Assembly (NCBI GenBank): GCA_002104905.1
Contig: MCFE01000528.1
Span: 1-61,729 of the forward strand
Source of the DNA: Basidiobolus meristosporus CBS 931.73
Taxonomy: Eukaryota > Fungi > Basidiobolomycota
Length of the DNA stretch: 61,729 nucleotides
Direction of reading: 5' to 3'
Shown here: positions 13,201 through 26,423 of the stretch, piece by piece
How positions within the stretch are numbered: the stretch's first letter is position 1
How the letters are laid out: each line of letters begins with the position of its first letter
The notes under the pieces: model-generated
What the model was told of the DNA's origin: nothing
The model's database searches: none
The model's input: the letters and a program-made list of their open reading frames with translations, nothing else
Program-made: the position numbers and the translations under genes

Positions 13201-15903
13201 ACATCTCTGGGAATCAACTGAGCTCACTGCCCATCGATGAGATCGAGCGTCTTCGTAATCTCCGAGTTTTCCACCTCAATGGCAACAAACTCCAGACACT
13301 CCCGGCCGAGCTTGGGAAAATACGTCATCTGCAGGTGCTGGACGTAGGTAGTAATAATTTGAAGTATAACATCACTAATTGGCCTTACGATTGGAACTGG
13401 TATGTTGTTCACATGGCATATTCGGTGTAGTGGTTGATCTTAACGCTCGTTTTCCCGTTCATCAGGAACTACAATTTGGAGCTGAAGTATCTCAATCTGT
13501 CGGGCAACAAACGGCTGGAGATCCGAAACAACCTTACGGAATTCGACCGGAACCGGGAGAGAAACCTCACTGATTTCAGTGCGCTTACGGACTTGCGCGT
13601 CTTGGGGCTGATGGATGTTACTTTGATGGTCGGCGTTCCGGAGGAGACCATCACTCGCCGCATCCGAACCTCCACGTCGGAGGCGAATCGTATGGGATAC
13701 GGGATGGCCGATAGCCTGGGCACTTGTGGTCGTTTGTGTGCGTGGGATCTGGCGGTTCCTAGATTCCGAGGCTCCGATAAGGAATGTTTATTTGGGCTAT
13801 TCGACGCAAGAAACATCCAAGATGGCGGGGACAAGTTCTCCCAGTATCTGAATGACTGGTTCGCGTTTCATCTTGACACGGAGTTGAAGAAGCTGCCCGG
13901 CAACGATATGGTGGAGAATGCGTTGCGTCGCACTTTCCTTAGTCTGGAGAAGGAGCTGGGGGCAATCGCAATCAGCGAGGGAAGAAGAGGGGGTGCCACA
14001 GCCGTGGTGGCATATATCAACGATCACACCTTGTACATGGCCAATGTTGGCGATACTCTTGCCGTGATATCCCGTGGGGGCAGAGCCCGACTCGTCTCGA
14101 TGAAACACATCCCTTGGAATCCCGACGAGATCGATCGTGTTCGTGACGCGGCAGGCTGTATATCCTCGGATGGACTGATCGGAGGGAAACTGAGTGTCTC
14201 GAGAGGGTTCGGTTTCTTCCCCTTCCTCCCCGCCATGAATGCCAACCCAACCATTGAAAAGATCGAATTGTCGGAACAAGACGAGTTCATCATCATGGCC
14301 AGCAAGGGGCTTTGGGATTACATGTCGTACCAAACGGCCGTTGATATCGCCCGTACATCTCGAAACGACCTCTTGGTTGCTGCCCAAAAACTTCGGGATT
14401 TCGCCATAGCATACGGGGCCAAAGTCAATATCGTAGTGATGGTGATCGGTGTGCGTGACCTGTTCAAGAAGAAATCGAAGCCCGGAAACCGGTACTACAA
14501 TCATACCACCGGTGGCGGTCTGTTCGGCTTCGCTGACAATGAAGAGGAGACCAACCAAGGGTTTAAGAAGAATAGACGTGGAAAGGAGGAGTTACCTGGG
14601 GACTCGGTGCGTGCAAATATTTGTTGTCTTCCCTGTCCTGAAACACCTGATACTAACATCCTTATTACAAATTTAGACCCTGGCGCGTTTAGGAAGGGAG
14701 GTCCAGCCACCAGTAGGTCAAGTGGCGCTTGTCTTCACTGACATCAAAAACTCCACCTTTTTATGGGAAACCATGCCTGAGGCCATGCAGTCGGCCATTG
14801 GAATGCACAATTTGATCATGAGAAGATTGCTACGGAACATTGGAGGGTATGAGGTGAAGACGGAGGGAGACGCTTTCATGGTGTCGTTCCCTACCGTAAC
14901 ATCAGCCCTGTTCTGGTGTCTCAATGTTCAGATACAACTGCTGCAGGCCGATTGGCCCCAAACCATATTGGAGTGTGAGGATGGAAGAGAGATCTTCGGA
15001 CCAGGGCTCACAAATGAACTACTGTATCGTGGGCTCTCCGTCAGAATGGGGATCCACTGGGGCTCACCGGTATGCGAGGCTGACCCGATCACCCAGCGTA
15101 TGGACTACTTCGGACCCATGGTCAACCGTGCTGCTCGTATTTGCAATTGCGCGGATGGAGGACAGATCTTCGTCAGTTCAGATGTGGTATCTGCCATCAA
15201 GGAGGTGATGGAGAAGGATGACACGTTTGAGGAGGAGCACGGTGAGGAACCTATGGACCCGGATGTAGCTAGTGATGAAATGGCTCTCCAGCGGCTGGGG
15301 ATCCTGATTGTGGAGGTTGGCGAGCAGAAGCTAAAGGGCCTGGAGAATCCGGAAGTGCTGTCCATGATTTTCCCCAAGATCCTAGCCGGGCGTATCGACT
15401 TTTGGAAGAAGTCGCAAAACCCCACTGTGCAGATCTACGAGCCGAATATCTCCCAGACCATCGACCCTGGTTTGGTACGCTCCTTGGGCTACATCTGTCT
15501 TCGTCTGGAGCGGATTGCGGCCGACAGCATGATCCTGTCTACCGGCAGGTCGTCAAGGCTGTATTATCTGAACGGCCTTCTGGCCTCGCACATCCAAGAC
15601 AATGCTGACGACCAGGAGCTCTTGAAGATCATGGAGAGTTTGATTACCCGAATCGAGAATGCTTACTCCTCCATATACCTTGAAAGAATCCGCCCGGTTG
15701 CCGCAATCATCGACGAAGTACTGGGAAGCCATGAGGAGCATCTAGACCAGTTGGATCTGGAGCAACTCAAGCTCATTCTTAGAACGTATCAATCATCCCT
15801 TCGTCCTTCGCCGACACCACTGATGATCAGGGAGTGTGCCACCGATGAAGAGATAACCTCACCCCCGCCAGCTACTCCGCCAGCTACTCAACCTCTCCAA
15901 TAA
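10258..15903 (+). CDS. CYR1: Fungal adenylate cyclase (G-alpha-binding, RA, LRR, PP2C-like and catalytic domains), multi-exon
   Basis: WTAPQSW motif; Ras-association region (LEQIGYTSEDQLKDQGREDNTYLCRFTF); long LRR tract 11.9-13.4 kb ending YNITNWPYDWNW|NYNLELKYLNLSGN; PP2C-like domain; catalytic VFTDIKNST, GGYEVKTEGDAFMV, RMDYFGPMVNRAAR. Confidence 0.95.
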
Positions 15904-17161
15904 CCAATCCCATCTCTGCTGTATTACTAGTCTCCTCAATGTGCTGAATCTCTTGTAGGCCAGAATCCTCGACCAAAGCACCCCGCCCTGCCCATAACCT
16001 CATGTATATTCCTCTTCCCGAAATTGTTCATTCATCATAAAGCTATTCCAAATCTATCCTAAGCGATCAATCCTGACCGTAAATTTAGCCGGTGCCTCAG
16101 ATGGGCCTTCATCGATTGATCGACTTAAATTACCACGGAGGGGATTTACCTTAATCAGCGAACTAAGCAACAGGTTTCTGCTCATCGAAGGGCAACTCGT
16201 AATCACCCACTTGTTGGTTCTTGCGACAGACGTACACCAACCATTGGCTTATCTGCGAACCCTTCTTCACACCAGAGCAGCTTTCAAACAAACCAGATCA
16301 TGCTCTGACCAAGGTGAGGGATATTCTTACGGTCAGAGCGGCCCTGGCTGAGGTCAGTGAGGACGCGACGTGGCTGAGGGCGAGGATCGCCTTGAATTGG
16401 CCAGGTTCATGAGCAATTTGCGCGAGGGATATTTCTGCGGCGCGGGGGGAATTACCAAACGGTCATTACCAAGTGACCGTCAGGTCGATTAAATCATTTC
16501 GACACCTGACCAATCCGGGAATTTGTCGGGTGATCCGCGGTCACACCAATTGGTGCTCGCGGAGGATCACAACAATGCTAGACTGTGAATCATTCCTGGT
16601 TAGCACGCGCCGGGCCAGGTAACTGTATCGAGGATTAGCTGGATGCGGGGTAGCGATGGTCGAGTTGGGTGGGTGGGGGACCATGGTTTCAGCAATGCCC
16701 TCGAATCTGATCCTAAATGCCGCCACCGTCGGGTAGTGACTAATGATAGAGGTGGGTCGTAATTAATTGAGAGTATTTTTTGAGCCGGTTTCAAATTCAT
16801 GTCAGCCTCGCCTATGAAATGCAGCCAGGTAAATTAACTGATGGTGGGCCCAAAAATATTCACCGAACTCTTCTGGCATTCCCTAAGTGATTCATTCCGC
16901 ACCACACCCTTGGCTGACCCACCCTTTCACGGCCCTCTCAGAGCCGTCCCTTGTCTGCTTCCGGCGGATATTTCATTAATTTGATTCCCTAAAATGTGAC
17001 GGATGGTGAAGATTGGACGACGCTTCTGGCTAGCCGGGTGCTCGCGCGTTCGGTCAAGCCCTATAAAGACCGCGGTTCCGTGGTATCTCCCTCACCATAT
17101 TCAGTCAACTATCCTCTAGAAGGTCCACTTACTGGTTAAGAATCCGTACAGCAATCCCGTC

Positions 17162-17845
17162 ATGCAGAAATTTTGTAAAGAGCAGCAGTTCACCTTTCGT
17201 GTGTTCCCCCAGGTGCCACCATCCCAGGTGGCTGATAAACCCAGGGGCGCCGGCTCCTCGGTCCGTAAGCACATCTGTCACTTGTGTAGCAAGCGCTTCA
17301 ATAGGTCTGAGCATCTGAAGCGACACATTCGCACCCACACTGGGGAGAAGCCCTACCAATGCGGATTTCCCGATTGCCAGCGTAGCTTCTCTCGTTCCGA
17401 TGAGCTTGCGCGCCACACCCGGGTCCACGACAAATGCCCCACCCACAACAAACCACCCTCAATGATGAAGAGTCAACGTATCAGGATCTCCGACCCATAC
17501 CCACTCCGCATATCCTCCATGTTAACATCCAGCAGCTTCCATGCTCCATCTCGTAGACCATTCAATCCATTCCAGGATCAGCCCGCCGCACATTTCACAT
17601 TCCCCAGAAGGGCGTTCAGCATCGACGAGCCGAGTTGGTTGAACAGATGCGGAAGTACAACCACCGATAGTGAATCCTCCACCCCGGTCACCCCGGAGCT
17701 AAGGGGGTATGATCCCGTGCTGCTACCGCCGATCGGTTTCCCATCCGCACTTGGGGAGTTACTGAACTCCCCGTTCAACGCCACCTCATACGCCCCTCAG
17801 AAGAGCAGGTCTCTGATGAATATTCAGTCCATTCTGAACCATTAA
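17162..17845 (+). CDS. Two-finger C2H2 zinc-finger transcription factor, CreA/Mig1-like
   Basis: [51 protein letters not shown], low-complexity S/P tail, C-terminal MNIQSILN repressor-like motif. Confidence 0.85.
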   Translation: MQKFCKEQQFTFRVFPQVPPSQVADKPRGAGSSVRKHICHLCSKRFNRSEHLKRHIRTHTGEKPYQCGFPDCQRSFSRSDELARHTRVHDKCPTHNKPPSMMKSQRIRISDPYPLRISSMLTSSSFHAPSRRPFNPFQDQPAAHFTFPRRAFSIDEPSWLNRCGSTTTDSESSTPVTPELRGYDPVLLPPIGFPSALGELLNSPFNATSYAPQKSRSLMNIQSILNH

Positions 17846-18199
17846 ACCTTCCGGTAGTTCCGGTAGTTCGACCCATCATATTCCCTTGATTTCCACCATG
17901 TCTCACCGTCCCTTGTTCCCCCTTTGACTGATTGTATTCTAGCACATCTACTTGGCTAATAAATCATTTGCCCTACCTACCTTCGAACCAGGCTGTTCCT
18001 AGTGGTTCGATACGGTATGGAATAGACCATCGTTAGCCTTTCCCGAGGTTGAGGAGGGGTTATGTGGCATTCCAAATGGCGAGTGATGAACTTTTATTAA
18101 TTATTCGCCACCCTCAAGCGGGCGGTGCTTAAACAAGTGCTTAAAAATCAAAATGATTGCGTTCGTATGGAGGGGGTGGGTAGTCTCGACCGTCGCTCT

Positions 18200-18538
18200 C
18201 TACGAAAACTCCTGCATCTCCGGACCAAGCTGTTCCGTGCACACTGCCGCCACGATGCCGTGTCCGAAATGGTCGGCAACGCCAGTACATGGCACTTCCA
18301 ACGTGGTCGCCCTTTCTGATTGGGAATCTAATGAGGATTGAGACGGTCTGATCTGGGAGGGCGATGCTGGGGCCTTGGGGGCCGGACTGGTCCCCTCATA
18401 GACCGCTCTTTTCCCGAAGAATTCCTCCTCGTAAGACCAGGCCTCACTCTCCAGAATCTGAGGGCCTGAGGACTCGGGTACTGGCAAAGCGTAGGCGGCG
18501 CCCACGAGCAAAAGCAAGGATAGTGCGGTGGATCTCAT
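18200..18538 (-). CDS. Small secreted protein of unknown function (112 aa)
   Basis: Signal peptide MRSTALSLLLLVGAAYA-LP, dibasic KR site, two Cys, TATATA ~50 nt upstream of the ATG. Confidence 0.7.
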   Translation of the reverse strand: MRSTALSLLLLVGAAYALPVPESSGPQILESEAWSYEEEFFGKRAVYEGTSPAPKAPASPSQIRPSQSSLDSQSERATTLEVPCTGVADHFGHGIVAAVCTEQLGPEMQEFS

Positions 18539-18582
18539 CTTGATGCTAGTAAGCTGATTGATTTACGTGCAGTAAGTGGGGC

Positions 18583-18590
18583 TATATATA
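18583..18590 (-). promoter_or_regulatory. TATA box of the small secreted protein gene
   Basis: TATATATA 45-52 nt upstream of the ATG at 18538. Confidence 0.5.
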
Positions 18591-19084
18591 GGCATCCCCA
18601 ACCAACAGGGACATTGCACAAGCGACGGATTTAGTCCGACTATTGTTAGGACATTTCGAGACATGCTCTCCACAGATGCATCCACAGTACAATGGACCAG
18701 CATGGAAGTTGTAAGTATCGATTGTGCTCATATATACATCGTAGTCCAGAGCATCATGGGTTCAGAAGATGCATCTCCCGGACTACTCTATCGGTCAGAA
18801 CAAATCAAGCGAGAAGTAATGTTTCAACCAGATTTTCACTAGAGATAATACGAGAATAGTCACACAAAGACACACTATGAAAAGAAACACATCACTGAGT
18901 ACATTTCAATCGGAGGCATGGTTACTGGGGTGGAGAGAGAGGAGGGGAGGGGGCGAGAGTAATGTCGACGTTCCATAATGAATGTGGGAGGAAATAAACT
19001 CTGATTAGGCTTCTAATCCATGGGTAGTAAGGAAGAGTACGTGAGCTGGATGGTAGGTCAACTAAATTAACTTGGGGAGGGGAT

Positions 19085-20160
<1,076 letters not shown>

Positions 20161-20451
20161 GGCGGTGTCTTGTAGAGAAGGGTTTATTAAGGCTGGCGAG
20201 GGGGGGGGAGAAGACTAAACTATGAGGGCTTACGAAGCTAACTAGGGTGGTGGGTAAGTTAAACTCGTTCAGAGGAAAACAGTTAAGAGATTTTCTGATC
20301 GTTGAGTCATGGCGCACACCCGCTGGATATTATGTGGAATCTCAGGGTGCGTGAGGTATTTGTGGAGATTGGTCAAATTGGGCGAATGGATCCCTCGATT
20401 CCTCCCCCGGGGTTCCGGAGGGGGTCGAATCTTTATTAACAATCCATGGCA

Positions 20452-23400
20452 TCACTCCCTCATGAATCGCTTGCTGAAGTCTAGTCTCAGGAGGAACTCC
20501 TGGATGTAGGTGACCCCGTCCTTTCTATCTACATACTCGTGGGACGAGATGGCCGCCGACGTCGGCTGCCCGCCCGATCTGGGGTGGGCGTACTCGAGAC
20601 GAACCAGCCCCGCGAAGAGCTTCTCCCTGGATCCCTTGAATTCCTCGTAGAGCGCCGAGATGGCCGAGGGGTCCTGCAGGTATTGGGCCAGCTCGAGGAT
20701 CAGCTCGAAGATCTCGGTGATCACGTTCATGACGAAGGCCTGGTTGGGGAGCAGGAAGCAGCGATGTAGGATTCGATCGAGGACCATGTCATGGTACTCC
20801 ATCAGGGAGCGCAGGTCCAGGATGTGAAGGGTCTCCGTGTCGTCCTCGTTGTCGTGGATGTAGCGCTCGTACTGTTTCTGGAAGTCGTTCTCCTCGACGA
20901 TCTTGCCGATCACGTCGGAGAAGTGTTCCCAGGTCACCCCCACCGCGTAGTCAAACACGTACCCGCGGACGGCGTTGATGAACTGGTGGATCTCGAAGCG
21001 GAACTTCCACAGGATCTGCGTGGATCCCGGCTCCTCGTGCTGCAGGCGGGTTTGCCGGAAGATGTGTCGGGACACCGTGTCCACGCGCAGTATCCGGAGC
21101 AGGAAGTTGAACACTTGGTTGTATTTGGTGATGGATGTCGGGGTGATGATCACGTCGAGGGGATGGGGCGCGTGGTATTTGACTCGGATGAAGTCCAACG
21201 CCTCGATGCCTACATTGAAAATGCTTAGTTGTGGAATACCACCAGGGAGCGACTTGGACAGACGTACCTTCCGCCTCGATCTGCGAGGTGTCGAATCCCG
21301 TGAAGTTGGTCAGGAACTCGAGCCGCTCGTCCAGGTCCTTGATTTCGTTGACTCGCGTGCTGTCCATGAACTCCAGCGGCAAGTCGTCCGAGATCGTCTC
21401 CAAGAGCGCAGCCTTGAGCGCCGAGTTCAGTTTCCGCCCACTCAAGGGCCAGCCAAAGTGCTTGTTGAACCCGATGGCCGACATTTTCGCCCTGTCGTCC
21501 AGCTGCTGCTCGTCGGTGAACTCGTCCAGGTTTGCATCGTCGTCGAACAACGCCTGCACAATCCCGTTCACGTAGAATCCATTGCCGAGAAGCAGATACT
21601 GTCTTAGCACGTTGAGATGTCCAGTCAGGTTCATCTCGTGGAAGAAGAACGACAGCACTGACGAGTTGATCAGCCTGCAGTGCCGCTTTAGCGTGTGCAC
21701 AACTGTTAGCTGGTTGATGATGCTTAGGGGTGGAATGTAGTCTTCGGTGGGGTCTTCGTCGTTGTGCTGAGCCAGGTTTTGGAGCAACTTCCCAAAGGCC
21801 CCGTCTTTCTGTGTCAGAAGCCCCGGGCGGAAGCTACCGAAAGCGGTGGGCCCGTTTTGCTGCGAGAGATCCTCCGATGTAAGCTGGAATGAGCCCCGGC
21901 TACAAGGGCCTTTCTCGAGAGAAACAGCGGATTCCCTTCCTGAGCTTTTGAGGGAGAGTGGCTCGTCACGTGCTGTGGCGCCGTCAGAGTCACTGGCTTC
22001 AGATAGTTCTTCCTTTCGCTCATGCAGCTCACTTACACTCAGCGTTGAGATGTGATCCACCATTCCACCCACCTCCTCGTTTTCCGGTAGGTCAGGGGTG
22101 CCAGTAGATTGGTTTACTTCGGACCGAAGCGTTTCCTTGGAAGGAGAGGGGTGGTTGTGGGCCGCAGATCTCTTATGAGTCTGACTGTCGGCGTATTGTT
22201 GCTGCTCGGCCAGGAAATCCTAGAGCATTGGATGCGGTTAATGGAATGCATCCCACCGAGTCGTAGAATGTATAGCTACCATGATGCTTTTGCGGTAAGC
22301 CTCCTTTTTGTCGGCGATTATTTTCAGACGGCGGGCCCGCTCCTCTCGCATGGCCTTCATGGCAGTCTCCGCCTAGGAAAGGTCATGAATGATCGCGTAC
22401 TGGCGGTCCGGGAGAAACGCATTACCTTCTGCTTTTTCTGGATCCGTATTTCGCGCGATTGATCGATCTCCTTCTGCAACAAAAGCTTCCTCTCGATCTC
22501 TCTCTGGGCGATCAAAGATACCATGACCCGCTTATGCTCCATCAACAGCTTCTGATGTCTAGAGTATGTCAGTACGCTCCGAAGGTTGGCGAAATAAAGT
22601 GACCGCCGCTTACTCTTCGATCTCTTTGATTTTGAATAGCCAGCGAAGTGAGATGCTGCAGTGGCTGAACTCCTCCAACCCCTCCTCGTGATACTCTCCA
22701 CTGTCGGTATAGAGCGGGTGCTTCTTCCGGCATTCGTTCAATAGCCTCAGCGATTTGCCGGCCTCCAGCACCTCCCTAGCCAAAGTCTTCGAAACAAACG
22801 AGGGTGGGGTACTCGCGTCACTAATCTAGATCCAGGGTGGGGATTAGTACGCGCAAGGCCGAAGATCCGGAAGATCCTATGCCACTCCACCTGATACCCA
22901 TCCTCCCAATAGCCATCGCCATTTCTTTCAAGGAAGCTCTGCTTCAGATCGGTGTTGACGATGAAGAACTCATGATACGGATCCACCACGTCCCAATTGG
23001 TTTGAGTCAGCAGATTGTCCCAGCTGGTCCTTGGGTTCTCTTGGCTGCTCTTGAAGATGTCTACCCTCAGCCACTTGTCGATGAGCTGGAAGTAGGGGGC
23101 CGAGCTTTCGGACAAGATGGACAGGGCCAAGGGCCTCAGGAGCGTACCTGTGGATGAATCCAGTTCATATGCTTTCTCGTATATGTGTGATAGAAGATGA
23201 CTCCCATGTGGAATGTAGAATCCGCTCGCCACCCACTCTTCGTATTGCCTTTCGGTCAGGGTGTCTGATTGCAAGTCGTCTTGCAAGTCCTAAGGGCAAC
23301 CGTTAGCATCAACGATCGATCCCGCGCAGAATTCGACCGACACTCACGCAGTAGCAGAGGTTGGCTAACCACTGAAGAACCCCGGAGAGGTCTTGAGTAA

Positions 23401-25250
23401 AGTAGTAAAGCCTCAATATAGCTTGCTCGTCCCGGATCTTCTCTTCCCTCTCGTAGGTGCCTATAACCTCTCGAATGGACAGCAAAAACGAGGACAGCGA
23501 ATGTGCAAACGCCACTCCGGTGAGGCCAAATGTGCTATAAAGGGCAGAGTTAGCGCGAGTTGTTTAAGGTTCCCTCCATGTCTGCTACCTTGGGGAGCTC
23601 AGGATGGTGTTGACGACGTGCTCCAATCGTCGAAGTCGCGTTCCGAAGCTCATGAAATGCCTGAGGATGCTGCATCAAGAAAACATGTCAGCCGGGGGTT
23701 CAGGCGGCGAAATATCAAGCTCCAAAATCATTACCGCTGTAGGCTGGTGGCGCCGAGTCCTTGCACGCGAAAGTGAGGCACCCGGAACTCGAAAACCCGG
23801 CATTCCTGGTCGTAAACAAACAGCCTAGATACAATCCCGTTGGCCAGGTTCAAGAGCGCCTGAAGGAAGTCAGTCGGAATCTACAGCACATCGGAAACTC
23901 TCGTTCTCACCTCCATGAATGTCGACGTTTTGATGACAACACATTGGGTTTTCTCCCAGTTCCCGCCTCTGAAGTACCTGGGTCATGGTTAGCACCGAAG
24001 CACCGAGCGCGTTCAAGACAACACTTACTTCTGGTAAACCGCTTCGAAGGTTCGGGTATCCGACTCCGATATGTAAGGTGAGTGGCTAGCAGTGCTTGGC
24101 TCCCATGAATCTACAGTCTGATCAATGTGCCGTTGGTAAGTAGATTTCTGGCGTTTCTCCTAAAGCTGGCCCTACCCTTGTGTCGTCTTGGAGGTTGGCC
24201 AAGTTACGTGGAAACACGCATAGCGGTGGCGGCGATTGTTCGCGAGGCTGATGGCGCACGGAAGAAGGTGGATCGTCGGCTGGCCTAGATGCCTCTTCAG
24301 GTGCCAAGTCAAATCTCTTGTGAGGGACCTCGGGTAGCTCTGGAATCTCAAAATCCAGGCTGAACCCACCAAAGGCATCCATTTTTCTCTCTGGAATGCG
24401 ACGAGTGCCAGGTTAGCCAGTGAACCTACGTATATCATAGGCCGCATGACCCATCCTACCGGAAAGTGGCTTCAGTCCGCCAAAAAACGTGGGTCTTGCA
24501 ACGTCGGGCTCCGTCAGCTCTCCGTACCTGAAGAACTCTGCATGTCGGAAAGGTGCAAAATTGAATCTTTCTTGCTCGATGGACCAAAAGGGGACCATAG
24601 GCTTACCATTGCACTCCGAACGACTGGGATCGGCTGGGATCAGATCCTCTGGAAGCGTTTGCTTCGGTTCCTCTTGGAACAGTTCTTCGGGATATTGAAA
24701 ATATCCGTGGGCACTGCTCATGTTGATTCTTTGTGCGTTTTCGTAGTTAGAGATGCGGGTCCCGAAGAATTCCTCAGTGCTAGGCTGCGGCCGTAGTTGG
24801 AATTCCTTCTTTGCTAGCAACTTCTCCCCCTTGCTACACACGCGATACAGAAGGACAGCGAAAACAAGGGTGGTCAGAAAATGTCGGTCGCCTGATGGAA
24901 CGAATGCACCACTTCGTCACAAACCTTGAAAGCGTCGGTAGCGTGTTGTCAGTTGGGTTCGGGTCGGCCAACTTCGCTAGAAAGTACAGGATGCGTGGCA
25001 GCTCGGTGTATGTTGGGGGTTGTGCGTGTTCCGTGGTCTCCTGCACGCTGTCCACCAATATCTCCAACGCATCTGCTTTGTCGTATAATTGCCGATTCCT
25101 CAATGCATATCCGTATCCAGCGTATGTGTCAACAACCTTGTCCCACTCTATACTCTCGTCGTTTGTCTTCTTATGAAACCTCAGAGCCTCGAAGTATTGA
25201 GTATAGTAGTCAGACAAGCCTAATCTCACAAAAGTTTGGGCGAAAGACAT
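20452..25250 (-). CDS. TUBGCP6: Gamma-tubulin complex component of the Spc97/Spc98 (GCP) family, most like GCP6; multi-exon
   Basis: GRIP-type motifs (PSFVSKTLAREVLEAGKSLRLL; HLNVLRQYLLLGNG; LDFIRVKYHAPHPLDVIIT..YNQVFNFLLRI) with a long coiled-coil/low-complexity insertion between GRIP1 and GRIP2, typical of GCP6. Subfamily assignment is inference. Confidence 0.8.
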
Positions 25251-25495
25251 GAAGCAGACTCTGAAAGTTCTCTGGTGGTTGGGCCGACAACTATAGCCAA
25301 GGTAGACAGGTGCGGTTCAAGGATACACAAGTGCGGATGTTTATTTACATTCATCAACTATTCCGGATTAAATGTAAACCAGGTTGGTTTAATACAAAAA
25401 AAATTCCATTCCGATCAATGCCGGATAATTCAAGTGGATCGGTGGGATAACGCGTTTCTTCAACCATTCACTGCCTCTGACGTCCTTCCACAGTA

Positions 25496-26366
25496 ATGAG
25501 CGATTCCAGAAACCCAGTTGTGTTCTTCGACATCTCCATCGGCGGCCAGCCAGCGGGTCGCATGAAGATGGAGCTCTTCAAAGACGCCGTTCCCAAAACC
25601 GCAGAGAACTTCAGGTTAGCCTCTTGGTTACTTTGAGCCCGCTTCCCCCATATACTCACGCCCGTTTCGTTGTGGTTCAGACAACTGTGTACTGGCGAAT
25701 ACAGGTAAACGAGCACTTCCCACCGCATTACCTATGTTTTGCTGATCACCCTCTCCAGAAAGAACGGTGTCCCTCAAGGATACAAGAATTGCACCTTTCA
25801 CAGGTATTCGTGATATTCCCCATTACAGCAGGTGCCCTATTACTTACAACAGCTTGCAGAGTCATCAAGGATTTCATGGTTCAAGGAGGTGACTTCGTCA
25901 AGGTAGTGGCGCCATATTCTATTGGTATGCTCTGCACAGCTCCTAATGGGTATTATGTCTAGGGAGACGGAACTGGTATGCTGAGCATCTATGGGGAGAG
26001 CTTTGAGGATGAGAGTTTTACTCTGAAGCACAGTGGGCCTGGTCTCTTGTCTATGGTATGTTTTTCGAAGAGTTAGCAATCGCGGCGATTTCCTAATTCA
26101 ACTCTGTCCACTCCAGGCTAACAGTGGGCCCAACACAAATGGATGCCAGGTAATTGCACTGTCCACGGTTTCGATGAACCCTATTAACACTCGTATGCTA
26201 GTTCTTCATCACATGCGCCAAATGTGATTTCTTGGATGGCAAGCACGTCGTGTTTGGCAAATTGGTCGACGGTCTTCTGACGCTGAGAAAAATCGAGAAC
26301 GTCATGACCGGGCCCAACAACCGACCCAAATTGCCGGTCGTCATTACCGAATGTGGAGAGATGTAG
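25496..26366 (+). CDS. PPIH: Cyclophilin H (U4/U6 snRNP-associated PPIase), 7 exons
   Basis: Spliced [17 protein letters not shown]...PKTAENFR|QLCTGEYR|[15 protein letters not shown]|[14 protein letters not shown]|GDGTG...LLSM|[11 protein letters not shown]|FFITC...[27 protein letters not shown] and the C-terminus are characteristic of CypH. Confidence 0.9.
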
Positions 26367-26423
26367 ATAGGATTTGTTGGACTGAAGCAATAAACAGCAA
26401 CCACTCTTTATTTATATTACAGT

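Noticed and set aside
16400-16700. Several SYGGRG (CreA-type) sites upstream of the C2H2 gene, suggesting autoregulation
   Set aside because: About one site per 250 nt is expected by chance on two strands, so the number seen is not clearly in excess.
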